The position numbers were made by a program, and so were the translations under genes. Under the pieces are notes generated by a model, which was not told the origin of the DNA, did no database searches, and saw nothing but the letters and a program-made list of their open reading frames with translations. From the NCBI GenBank assembly GCA_017621705.1, contig JAGASR010000035.1, positions 49,549-113,548 of the forward strand: DNA of 64,000 bases, in the 5' to 3' direction. Source of the DNA: Clostridia bacterium. Lineage in GTDB: Bacteria > Bacillota > Clostridia > Oscillospirales > UBA644. How positions within the stretch are numbered: position 1 is the stretch's first letter; every line of letters begins with the position of its first letter. Positions 27,518-36,737 of this stretch are shown piece by piece.

Positions 27518-27988
27518 TTATCCGTTCTGCGAACGGCTGTTTCTTTTTCTTTCTCTGAGATCTTTAAAAAAATCGGAAAGGACGGCGGCGCACTCGTCTT
27601 TCATTATACCGTTTACGACGTTAGGCTTATGCGTAAAATTATCCTGAAGGGAGACAACGCTTCCCATCGCACCGTTTTTCGGATCGGGTGCACCGACATA
27701 GACATTTCTGATACGTGAATTGATTATCGCGCCCGCGCACATCGGGCAGGGTTCGAGAGTGACATATAGGTCGCACTCCCATAGCCGCCAACCGCCGAGC
27801 TTTTTACACGCACGGTCGATCGCCGTTATTTCGGCATGACGGAGAGCATTTTTATCGGTTTCTCTACGGTTATAGCCTGTCGAGACGACTTCGCCGTTGC
27901 GGACGACTACAGCACCAACGGGTACCTCCCCTATTTTTGCCGCTTTTTTTGCGCATGAAAGGGCGCGCTTCATAAAAACTTCGTGCAT
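27518..27988 (-). CDS. tadA: tRNA adenosine(34) deaminase
   Basis: HAEITAI ... TLEPCPMCAGAI zinc-binding motifs. Confidence 0.9.
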   Translation of the reverse strand: MHEVFMKRALSCAKKAAKIGEVPVGAVVVRNGEVVSTGYNRRETDKNALRHAEITAIDRACKKLGGWRLWECDLYVTLEPCPMCAGAIINSRIRNVYVGAPDPKNGAMGSVVSLQDNFTHKPNVVNGIMKDECAAVLSDFFKDLRERKRNSRSQNG

Positions 27989-27995
27989 ATATCAA

Positions 27996-29201
27996 TCAAA
28001 TAAAGAGACTTGCATAAGCAGATGAAAGGTACGTTCCCTGCTCGGGTTCAAGCTCGCAACGATCCGTAAAAATAAGATTGCCGCAATATTCTCTTGCCAT
28101 TTTTTCGGCGACAGCAAAATTGTCACAAGTCACAGCAAGCGGAATATCGAACATATAGCAAGACGAAAGAAGCTCTTTCGCATCGTCAATGCAGGTAAGT
28201 TCAATGTGTGCCGCATCGTATTCATCGGGATCGAAATCGAAGCATTCTTCGAGGAAAGTTTCGACATCGTAAACGGGAGAAAGACTGATATTACCGTCAA
28301 ACTCACGCCACGATTTTTCCGTGCAGACCGCTATTTTACCGTTATTTGCATTACGGTCGATCTGTTTGACGGTGCAGGTCGGAAGTATTTTCGAAAGTGC
28401 GGAAATATGATCGGGAGAAGTTCCGCAGCAGCCGCCGACAACGCATGCGCCCTCAGAAATGAGAAGTTTCATAGCCTCGGCAAAAGCTTCGGGCGAGAGA
28501 TAGTTTTCGACATCGGTTCCTGCATTGGGCTTACAGTAAAGCGGAACATTTGCCGCACTGAAAGCCGAACGGAGATTTGCGGCGGTATCGTAAGGACCCG
28601 TCGAGCAGTTAAGACCTGCGGCAGATGCGCCGAGCGCACCGAGAAGAGAAACACAGGTTCGGATATCGCTTCCGGTCATGGTTCTGCCGTTTTTATCGAC
28701 GGTAACAGAAGCAAAGATCGGTTTATCGGAAAGTTCTTTGCAGGCGAGAAGAGCGATCCTCGATTCGTAAAGTGAATACATAGTCATAAAGGACAGTATA
28801 TCTACACCCTCTTCAACGAAGATCTTTATCTGCGCCGCAAAATCGTTATAGATATCATCGAAAGTCGCATGCCCCATAGGTTCGGCAAAAAGGCCGCAAG
28901 GAGACATGTCGCTTGCGATAAGAACGTTACCGTTGCCGTATTTTTCGGCAGTTTCACGGGTAAGGGAAACGAGGCGGCGGAGCGTATCCGCATATTCCGA
29001 GCCAAACTTTGTGGGCGTGACGCCGAAAGTCGGAGCATGAATAACACAAGAGCCTGCCTCGATATATCTGCGCTGAAGATCAGCCATTACATCGGGATGA
29101 GAAAGGATAAAATCCGCGGTACGTTCACCGGGATTCATACCTGCGGCGATAAGGTTTGAACCTGTTGCGCCGTCAAGCAAAAAAGGATATGAAAAGTTCA
29201 T
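27996..29201 (-). CDS. homocysteine S-methyltransferase family protein
   Basis: LLDGATGSNL and GGCCGTSPDHI (zinc ligand region), with a C-terminal extension of about 110 aa. Confidence 0.8.
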   Translation of the reverse strand: MNFSYPFLLDGATGSNLIAAGMNPGERTADFILSHPDVMADLQRRYIEAGSCVIHAPTFGVTPTKFGSEYADTLRRLVSLTRETAEKYGNGNVLIASDMSPCGLFAEPMGHATFDDIYNDFAAQIKIFVEEGVDILSFMTMYSLYESRIALLACKELSDKPIFASVTVDKNGRTMTGSDIRTCVSLLGALGASAAGLNCSTGPYDTAANLRSAFSAANVPLYCKPNAGTDVENYLSPEAFAEAMKLLISEGACVVGGCCGTSPDHISALSKILPTCTVKQIDRNANNGKIAVCTEKSWREFDGNISLSPVYDVETFLEECFDFDPDEYDAAHIELTCIDDAKELLSSCYMFDIPLAVTCDNFAVAEKMAREYCGNLIFTDRCELEPEQGTYLSSAYASLFI

Positions 29202-30880
29202 TACATTTTCTCCGGAGCAGAAACTTTGAGGACTGCGAGAGCATTTTCAAGAACGGTCTTTGTTGCTTTGACGAGAGCGATACGAGAATACATAACGTTT
29301 TCGTCTTCAACTTTAACTCGGCAGTCGTTATAGAAGCCGTGGAATGCGGAAGCAACGTCGATTGTATATTTATTGATTCTTGAAACGTCGTAGTCGGAAG
29401 CGGTCTTGACGAGTTCGTCGGCATAAGATGCAAGGTTATTGATAAGAGCTTTTTCTGCGGGTTCGGTATAGTTTACAGCATCGAAAGCCTTATCGGGATC
29501 GATACCCTCTGATCTGAGAACGGAGAGGATCGAACAGATACGAGCATGAGCGTACTGAACGTAATATACGGGGTTCTGGTTGGTCTTTGCGACGGAAAGG
29601 TCAATATCGAAATCGAAATGAGTATCGGATTTTCTGAGGTTAAAGAAGAATCTTGCGGCATCGACACCCGTCATATCGAAAAGATCTGCGAGGGTGATGC
29701 TTCTGCCGGTACGTTTGGACATCTTGACAGCTTCGCCGTTCTGGAGAAGACGTACGAGCTGAACGACAATGACATCGAGCTTGGAGCTGTCTACATCGAC
29801 TGCATCGAGAGCACCCTTGAGACGTGCGATATGGCCGTAATGGTCAGCGCCCCAGATATTTATAACCTTATCGAATTTTCTTGTTACGATTTTATTTCTG
29901 TGGTATGCAATATCAGCGGCAAAATAAGTGGGAGTTCCGTTCTTTCTGATAAGAACTTCGTCTTTTTCTGCGCCGAAGTCGGTAGCACGGTACCAGACCG
30001 CGCCGTCTTCTTTATATGTATGACCGTTTTTAGTAAGAATGTCAATGATCTCGTTTACGGCGCCGCTGTTGTGAAGATCGGATTCGTTGAACCAATTATC
30101 GTATTCGGCTCTGTATTCCGCAAGGTTTGCACGGATGATCTCCATATTTTTCGGAAGAGCGTATGCAAGAAGAGCCGCTTTTCTGTCTTCGGAAGAAGCG
30201 TTGACATACTTGTCCGCATTGATCTCGATAAATTCTTCGGCTCTGTCTATGATATCGGCACCCTTGTAGCCATCTTCGGGGAAAGGAACAGCCTCTTCTC
30301 CGAGGAAATGCTGAAGATAACGTGCTTCAAGAGAATCTTTGAATTTTTCGATCTGGTTGCCTGCGTCGTTAACGTAGAATTCACGGGTGACATCGTGGCC
30401 GGTAAGGCTGAGAACGGTAGCAAGACTGTCGCCGTGAGCGCCGCCGCGCGCATTACCCATATGCATCATGCCCGTGGGGTTTGCGGAAACGTATTCAACC
30501 ATGACTTTTTTGCCGTTGCCGAAATCGGAACGACCGTAATCTGCGCCTTCTGCGGCGATATTTTTAACGACATCCGCAAAGTATGCGGGGCTCATTCTGA
30601 AGTTAATAAATGCGCCGACAACTTCTGCGGAAGCGAGCCACGGATGAAGCTCCATATTTTCAACGATGACTGCGGCGATCTGCGCAGGATTTCTTCTGAA
30701 AGCTTTTGCGCCTATCATTGCGGCATTTGTTGAAAAATCACCGAAAGAAGTATCCTTGGGAACTTCGACGGAGAACTTATAAGGCTCTGCCTCGGGAAGA
30801 GCGCCTTTTTCCTGCGCTGCCTTGATAGCGGCAGAAACGTTTGCAGTTATAATTTTGTTTATTTCCGATAAAAAATCCAT
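29201..30880 (-). CDS. argS: arginine--tRNA ligase
   Basis: Class I HIGH region SANPTGMMHMGNARGG and the MSKRTG (KMSK) motif. Confidence 0.95.
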   Translation of the reverse strand: MDFLSEINKIITANVSAAIKAAQEKGALPEAEPYKFSVEVPKDTSFGDFSTNAAMIGAKAFRRNPAQIAAVIVENMELHPWLASAEVVGAFINFRMSPAYFADVVKNIAAEGADYGRSDFGNGKKVMVEYVSANPTGMMHMGNARGGAHGDSLATVLSLTGHDVTREFYVNDAGNQIEKFKDSLEARYLQHFLGEEAVPFPEDGYKGADIIDRAEEFIEINADKYVNASSEDRKAALLAYALPKNMEIIRANLAEYRAEYDNWFNESDLHNSGAVNEIIDILTKNGHTYKEDGAVWYRATDFGAEKDEVLIRKNGTPTYFAADIAYHRNKIVTRKFDKVINIWGADHYGHIARLKGALDAVDVDSSKLDVIVVQLVRLLQNGEAVKMSKRTGRSITLADLFDMTGVDAARFFFNLRKSDTHFDFDIDLSVAKTNQNPVYYVQYAHARICSILSVLRSEGIDPDKAFDAVNYTEPAEKALINNLASYADELVKTASDYDVSRINKYTIDVASAFHGFYNDCRVKVEDENVMYSRIALVKATKTVLENALAVLKVSAPEKM

Positions 30881-30899
30881 AATATTATATCCGAACCTT

Positions 30900-31331
30900 T
30901 CAGGTGTTATATTTATAGGTGAGTTTCATCGAGTTTTTGCTGGAAAGAGTGTTGTTATACTCGACGAAATAATCAATTTCAAGACGACCGCCGTTATCGT
31001 TGACGGAAGACGCTATGCGGCTCGTTGAAAAACCGATCACAACGGGTTCATCAAACGCATCGGTATAATGGCAATGCTGTTTTACGCCTGCCTCGAAGAT
31101 CATAGATGAAGAAACGCGGTGGCGTCCCGTAGTTGTGAGTTCGACGTTGTTATCATTGTATATTTTGAAGCTTGTCACTTCTCCCGGCACACCGCAGATC
31201 TCCGTGCCGTCAAATTCAATAAGACGGCAATCCTTTTTTTCGGATACGCGGACATCGGAGATGAGAAGCATCGATTCGACACCGTCCTGAACCGATTTGA
31301 TCTCGAGAACGGCAGTATTTTCTTCTTTCAT
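30900..31331 (-). CDS. DUF1934-like beta-barrel protein
   Basis: 143 aa, located immediately upstream of argS as in many Firmicutes. This is a context-based call. Confidence 0.55.
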   Translation of the reverse strand: MKEENTAVLEIKSVQDGVESMLLISDVRVSEKKDCRLIEFDGTEICGVPGEVTSFKIYNDNNVELTTTGRHRVSSSMIFEAGVKQHCHYTDAFDEPVVIGFSTSRIASSVNDNGGRLEIDYFVEYNNTLSSKNSMKLTYKYNT

Positions 31332-31417
31332 CTTATAATACGCAGCTTCCGACAGGTCGAAAGCCTCCTTTTTCAGTTAGTTTTTAACGTGTGAAGATCT
31401 TCTGTTATCTTCAATAA

Positions 31418-32236
31418 TTATATATTCTCCTCGGTGAGGACTGCTTTTTTGACTTCGTTTCCGATTTTACGGTCAAGAAAAAGTTCCGCAAGATTGACAA
31501 ATCCCGAAGGTTCGTCGGTGACGTAATACGTATGTCCGCCGAGATTTTCCGAATCGGAACAAAGGCCGTCTGCCTTTATCTTTTCGCAGATGACTTTTGC
31601 GGCTTCTTTGCCAGAATCGACGAGGTTAACATCGGGTCCGAGAAAATCCGCGATAAGAGGACGTAGTATTGGATAATGAGTGCAACCTAAAATTACAGTA
31701 TCGGCGCCGCTTCTCTTTACTTCCGAAAGATAATCGGAAACAATGATCTTTGCGGCGGCGTTATCTCTGCCGAAATATCCGTTTTCGACGATCGGAACGA
31801 ACATAGGGCAGGCTTTTTCGAAAACCTCGATATTATTATCGATCGACGAAAGCTCTTTTCTGTATGCGCCGCTGTTGATGGTGGCATTCGTTGCGATAAC
31901 GGCGACCTTGCCGTTTTTTGTTTTTGCCGCAGCGCTTCTTGCTGCAGGTCCGACAACACCTTCGACGAATACCGGGCACTCTTTTTTAAGGATCGGCAAT
32001 GCGACGGAGCTTATCGTGCCGCAAGCGACGAGCACTGCTTTTACGTTCTGCCGAAGGACAAAAGAAAGATCCTCTTTTGCGAAACGGATGAGCGTTTCGG
32101 GAGAGCGTGAACCGTAAGGCACACGGGCAGTATCTCCGAGATATATGATATTTTCGTTCGGCATGAGAGCGGCAAGCTCTTTGACGGCAGTAAGGCCGCC
32201 GAGTCCCGAATCGAAAACGCCTATTGCTTTTTCCAT
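31418..32236 (-). CDS. murI: glutamate racemase
   Basis: IGVFDSGLGGLT, VACGT and LGCTHYP catalytic Cys regions. Confidence 0.95.
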   Translation of the reverse strand: MEKAIGVFDSGLGGLTAVKELAALMPNENIIYLGDTARVPYGSRSPETLIRFAKEDLSFVLRQNVKAVLVACGTISSVALPILKKECPVFVEGVVGPAARSAAAKTKNGKVAVIATNATINSGAYRKELSSIDNNIEVFEKACPMFVPIVENGYFGRDNAAAKIIVSDYLSEVKRSGADTVILGCTHYPILRPLIADFLGPDVNLVDSGKEAAKVICEKIKADGLCSDSENLGGHTYYVTDEPSGFVNLAELFLDRKIGNEVKKAVLTEENI

Positions 32237-32254
32237 AAAACGGTCACTCCAAAA

Positions 32255-33877
32255 TCAAAGACTGACTGTAAATTTGATCTGACCCGCGGAAGAACGGGAA
32301 AGCGTTAAACCGCAGACTTTAAGCGAATCGCCAGAAAAAGAGACATCGCCGAAAGATTTTTTGCCGACGAGAGAGCCGACACCCGTAAAGATCCAGACGG
32401 TCTGATCGAAAGATTTATGCGTAAAGAACAGAAAATCGCGCGCCGTTTCTTCTCTGCCGCAGATAGTATCGGAAACGACAAGAAATCTGTTTTCGAAAAA
32501 CCATGAAGCGACGGTCTGACGTTCATACTCGGACATATCCTTGAATTTAACCTTTTTATTGACATAAAGGTCGAGAAGATAGCGGACATCTTCGGGAATA
32601 TCCCACTCTTCGATAAGCTCGGAAAGTTTTCTTTTGCAGAGGACAGCGGAACGTGTCTTACTCGAAAGAGAATAGAAAGCGATCTTCGAGATATTTGCGA
32701 TTCGTTTGCCTTTCTGCTTGATATAAACGCAGATCGGGCTTTCGTTGCGAACGGGGTCTGTTTTTATAAAATCCGTATTTTCCGCATCTTCGCCCATTAT
32801 GGTGAGCCATTTTTTTGCATTTTCGTTATTTTCGAAATCGGAAAGAACGGAAATAAATCTCTTTTTGGTGGAAAGGCTTTTTTCGGACGTTCCCTTGCAG
32901 ATATCGAGATCTTCGGACGGAACATACGAATTTACCGCCTGCTTTTCGATCTGAATTGCGATCTGCTCAATAACGTTTACTGATACGGAGTTTGCGGCAT
33001 ATTTCATCAGACTGCCGCGCAGAATACCTGCATCACGCGCTTTTTTTGCGATCTTTTCGGGAAAACCCTGCAAAAGAAGAGCCTCATATGCGGTAATTTT
33101 TTTGAGTTCGTGATCTTTCGTATAAACAACGCCCATTCGGGAAGAGCAGAGAGCGGGGATCTTATCGTCAAAAACGCGGTAGTCGTTCCAGCGTCTGTCG
33201 ATAACGATATGATCCTGCGCGAGAAGTTCGTTGATAAAAATTCTGCCGCGGTTGAAATCGTTCTGAAGCCCTGCAAGAAAAGTCGGGTCGGAAACGGGGA
33301 GCACGGGAGCATTTTCATCGCAAAGAAATTCGCTGAGCGGTCGGCATTCCATTTTCTGCGGCCACTCAAAAGGACCCGAGAACGCACCGCGAAGAGCGCC
33401 GACAAGATAGACACGCTCACGGTTATGCGGTATACCGTAATCCGAAGAGTTCAGAACGCTGCTGAAAACTTCGTAGCCTGCGGTTTCGAGTGCATCGCAG
33501 ACAGTTTTGAACGCGCGTCCACCGTTATATGAAAGAAAACCTTTATCGTTTTCAAATATAAAATACGGCGGTCTTTTTGCGGAAAGGATACCGATGAGGG
33601 CGGTTATGACGTGAGCTTTATTATCGTAAAAGCCTGCGCGTTTGCCGCCTGCGGAGAAATATTTATAAGGGAAGCCCGCGAGCATGATATCGAAATCGGG
33701 AAGTCTCGACGGGTCTATAAGCATGATATCGCCGAAACCGCGGCAATCACCCGTAAGATAAGAAAAGATGATATCGGCAGTCTTATCTTTTTCGGAATAA
33801 CCGACGCAGGTATGGCCTGCAGATTCGAGAGCGAGGCGTCCGCCGCCTATTCCCGAACAAAAATCGAAAAATCGCAT
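32255..33877 (-). CDS. DNA (cytosine-5) methyltransferase-like protein lacking the catalytic Cys, fused to a C-terminal domain of about 230 aa with unknown function
   Basis: Motif I is FDFCSGIGG. Motif IV is GFPYKYFS instead of GFPCQxFS (Tyr71 codon TAT at 33665-33667). Motif VI is FEND. Motif VIII is IPHNRER. Motif IX is LLLQGFP. Motif X is AANSVSVNV. Confidence 0.8.
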   Translation of the reverse strand: MRFFDFCSGIGGGRLALESAGHTCVGYSEKDKTADIIFSYLTGDCRGFGDIMLIDPSRLPDFDIMLAGFPYKYFSAGGKRAGFYDNKAHVITALIGILSAKRPPYFIFENDKGFLSYNGGRAFKTVCDALETAGYEVFSSVLNSSDYGIPHNRERVYLVGALRGAFSGPFEWPQKMECRPLSEFLCDENAPVLPVSDPTFLAGLQNDFNRGRIFINELLAQDHIVIDRRWNDYRVFDDKIPALCSSRMGVVYTKDHELKKITAYEALLLQGFPEKIAKKARDAGILRGSLMKYAANSVSVNVIEQIAIQIEKQAVNSYVPSEDLDICKGTSEKSLSTKKRFISVLSDFENNENAKKWLTIMGEDAENTDFIKTDPVRNESPICVYIKQKGKRIANISKIAFYSLSSKTRSAVLCKRKLSELIEEWDIPEDVRYLLDLYVNKKVKFKDMSEYERQTVASWFFENRFLVVSDTICGREETARDFLFFTHKSFDQTVWIFTGVGSLVGKKSFGDVSFSGDSLKVCGLTLSRSSAGQIKFTVSL

Positions 33878-33901
33878 ACTTCTGCCTGCCTTTCTTCAAA
33901 A

Positions 33902-34924
33902 TCAGTTAATTGCGTAATCGAGAAGTTTGTTGATAAGTTCGGAATACGTCATACCCGCAGCGATAAAAAGCGCGGGGAACATGCTGATGCTCGTAAAACC
34001 GGGGAGCGTATTGATTTCGTTGATATAAATTTTACCGTCTGTACCGATGAGGAAGTCAACTCGGGACATTCCTTTGCAATCGCAGACTTTATATGCTTTG
34101 ACAGCAAGTTCTCTCACTGCATTTTCAACTTCTTCGGAAAGGCCCGACGGAATAAGGGTCTTGGAAGTTCCGCTGAGATATTTTGCATCGTAGTCGTAGA
34201 TCTCTTCGTTGGAAGAAACGATGCGTCCGGTGCATGAAGTTACGGGATATTCGTTACCCATTACGGCAACTTCTATCTCCTGCGGATCTTCGATACTTTT
34301 TTCGATGATGACACGGCTGTCGTTTTCAAAAGCGAGGGACAGAGCCGCGGAAAGCTCTGAATCGTCAAAACATTTTGTTATGCCAACGGAAGAGCCTGCA
34401 TTTGAAGGTTTGACGAAGATCGGATAACCGAGCGCATTAACTTTTTCGCGAACGGAATCGGTATCGCAGTTTTCGCCTTTGACGACGGAGAACCATTCCG
34501 CATGAGCGATGCCGACGGACTCAAAAAGTCTGTTCGCCGTAATTTTATCCATACAAGCCGCAGAGCCGAGAACACCGGGGCCGACATATTTGATATCGAA
34601 CATTTCAAGAAGGCCTTGAAGTCGGCCGTCTTCACCGTTTCTGCCATGAGTGATCGGGAAAGCGACGTCAATTTCAATCGCCTTTCCGTCGACGACAAAT
34701 GCTTTATTCGTAAGATCAAAACTGATCGGTCTGTTATCAAGTTCGACCCACTTGCCGCTGCGGATCTCATCTGCGGAAGCTTCCGTAAGGAACCATTCGC
34801 CGTTTTTCGTTATGCCGAAGCAGCTGACCTCGTGGCCGCTGATATTTGAGAGAATAGATGCCGCGGAGAGACACGAAACTTCATATTCCGTTGACTTTCC
34901 GCCGAAAATCAAAGCAACTTTCAT
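33902..34924 (-). CDS. ddl: D-alanine--D-alanine ligase
   Basis: MKVALIFGGKSTEYEVS, HGRNGEDG and the EINTLPGFT ATP-grasp pattern. Confidence 0.95.
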   Translation of the reverse strand: MKVALIFGGKSTEYEVSCLSAASILSNISGHEVSCFGITKNGEWFLTEASADEIRSGKWVELDNRPISFDLTNKAFVVDGKAIEIDVAFPITHGRNGEDGRLQGLLEMFDIKYVGPGVLGSAACMDKITANRLFESVGIAHAEWFSVVKGENCDTDSVREKVNALGYPIFVKPSNAGSSVGITKCFDDSELSAALSLAFENDSRVIIEKSIEDPQEIEVAVMGNEYPVTSCTGRIVSSNEEIYDYDAKYLSGTSKTLIPSGLSEEVENAVRELAVKAYKVCDCKGMSRVDFLIGTDGKIYINEINTLPGFTSISMFPALFIAAGMTYSELINKLLDYAIN

Positions 34925-34938
34925 TAAAAATTATCCTT

Positions 34939-35769
34939 TTACAAAGAATTTCGGGCGTAAACTACCCGTTCTGTATTATTATAGTCTTTTTTCGTTTTTA
35001 TGTTCGTATAGCCGTTTTTTTCGAGGATAGAAGCGACATCGGCGCTCTGCCTGTAGCCGACTTCAAAAAAGATATATCCGCCGTTTTTGATGAACGGTCT
35101 GTATCTCGCCGCTATCGTACGGTAAAAATCAAGCCCATCTTCTCCGCCGAAAAGAGCGAGAGACGGTTCGTTTTTAACGTCTGCCGAGAGTTCTTTCATC
35201 TCCTCCGCAGTAATATACGGGGGATTTGAAGTTATAATATCGAAAACGCCGTCCGGGCTGTCGGTAAAAATATTATGTTTTACAGCCATAACACGATCCG
35301 AAACTCCGAGACTTTCGATATTTTCGCGCGCACACGAAAGCGCATCATCGCTTATATCTGCAAGAACGGCATTGATATTTTTTATTTTTGAAACGCTTAT
35401 TCCGATACAGCCCGTTCCCGTGCAAAGATCCAAAAGACGGTCACCGTCGCGAACTGCTTCCGAAACGGCATCGACGAGTATTTCCGTATCGTTTCGGGGG
35501 ATAAGGACATTTTTTCTGCAACGGAAAGTAAAACCGTAAAAATCGCGTTCGCCTGTTATGTATTCGAGGGGTTCGCCGTCTGCGCGACGGAGGACGAATG
35601 AACGGAGGGTCTCCTGCTGTTCGGGAGAAAACGTAAGCGTTTTTGTAATACGGCGAAGACGGAGCTGTGAATAATCAATTCCAAGAACGTATGCGCAGAA
35701 GACATCGAGCGTCGTTTCGGGATCGTCAACACCGTTATTTATAAGAAGAGAAAGAAGATCACTTAACAT
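34939..35769 (-). CDS. prmC: release factor glutamine N5-methyltransferase
   Basis: SAM motif LDLCTGTGCIG and NPPY motif SNPPYI. ATG 35769 was chosen (11-nt overlap with the upstream gene). ATG 35817 is the alternative. Confidence 0.85.
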   Translation of the reverse strand: MLSDLLSLLINNGVDDPETTLDVFCAYVLGIDYSQLRLRRITKTLTFSPEQQETLRSFVLRRADGEPLEYITGERDFYGFTFRCRKNVLIPRNDTEILVDAVSEAVRDGDRLLDLCTGTGCIGISVSKIKNINAVLADISDDALSCARENIESLGVSDRVMAVKHNIFTDSPDGVFDIITSNPPYITAEEMKELSADVKNEPSLALFGGEDGLDFYRTIAARYRPFIKNGGYIFFEVGYRQSADVASILEKNGYTNIKTKKDYNNTERVVYARNSL

Positions 35770-36709
35770 CTTCTTCGGATTTATATGCGGCTTCGTGGTC
35801 GAGAGTTTCGCCGTCATCGGTAAGAGAAGCAGTAAGAGCGGCGATAGCGACTTCGATCTGATCGTCGTCGGGGTCGCAGGTAGTGATCATCTGCATGAGT
35901 TTACCGGGAGCGCTGAGAATTCTTGTGCATACATTATTATATTTGCCTGCAAGCTGGATAAGCTCGAAACTGATACCGCCGATGATCGGAAGAAGCGCAA
36001 ATTTGATAAGGACATAAAGCGCGCCGTCAAACGGGATCATAGAATAAACGAGGATACTTACGAGCATAGTGATAAGCAGAAAGCTCGTGCCGCAACGGGG
36101 ATGAAGACGGGACTGAACGCGGACATTTTCGACGGTGAGTTCTTTGCCTGCTTCGAAGCAGAAGATCGCTTTATGCTCAGCGCCGTGATACTGGAAAAGA
36201 CGGCGGATCTCTTTCATTCTGGAAACGGCAAAAACGTAAAGAACAAAGATGCCGATTCTGACAACGCCCTCAATTATTGAACGGAAGTAGCCGAAGCAGT
36301 TTGTCGTGCCGTCAATGAGCCACGAAAGCCCCATACGGATGCCGACGGGAAGAAGAATAAAAACGCCGACCGCGATGCCGATACCGAGAACGAAAGAAAC
36401 GATGAGCATGAGGCTTTCAAGAAATTTATTGCCGTTTGTTTCTTCATCGAGGCCCGAAAGCTCTGCGGAACGGGTAAGAGTCTGAAAACCGAGAATAAGG
36501 CTTTCGATAAACGCGACTGCGCCGCGGATGATGGGAAGAGCGAAAAATTTGATCTTTTTTCTGATAGAAGTGAATTTGACTTCTTCTGTAACGATCGACT
36601 GATCGGGGGTGCGGACTGCCATGACGGTCTTTTTCGGGGAACGCATCATGATGCCTTCCATGACGGCCTGTCCGCCTACGTTTGCATACTGTGTTTTGTT
36701 TTTGCCCAT
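35759..36709 (-). CDS. DUF1385 family membrane protein
   Basis: GGQAVMEGIMMRSP and HGAEHKAI motifs. Its position next to prmC is typical. Confidence 0.75.
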   Translation of the reverse strand: MGKNKTQYANVGGQAVMEGIMMRSPKKTVMAVRTPDQSIVTEEVKFTSIRKKIKFFALPIIRGAVAFIESLILGFQTLTRSAELSGLDEETNGNKFLESLMLIVSFVLGIGIAVGVFILLPVGIRMGLSWLIDGTTNCFGYFRSIIEGVVRIGIFVLYVFAVSRMKEIRRLFQYHGAEHKAIFCFEAGKELTVENVRVQSRLHPRCGTSFLLITMLVSILVYSMIPFDGALYVLIKFALLPIIGGISFELIQLAGKYNNVCTRILSAPGKLMQMITTCDPDDDQIEVAIAALTASLTDDGETLDHEAAYKSEEDVK

Positions 36710-36737
36710 TTTTTATCCTTTTCTGTATAAATAATAA

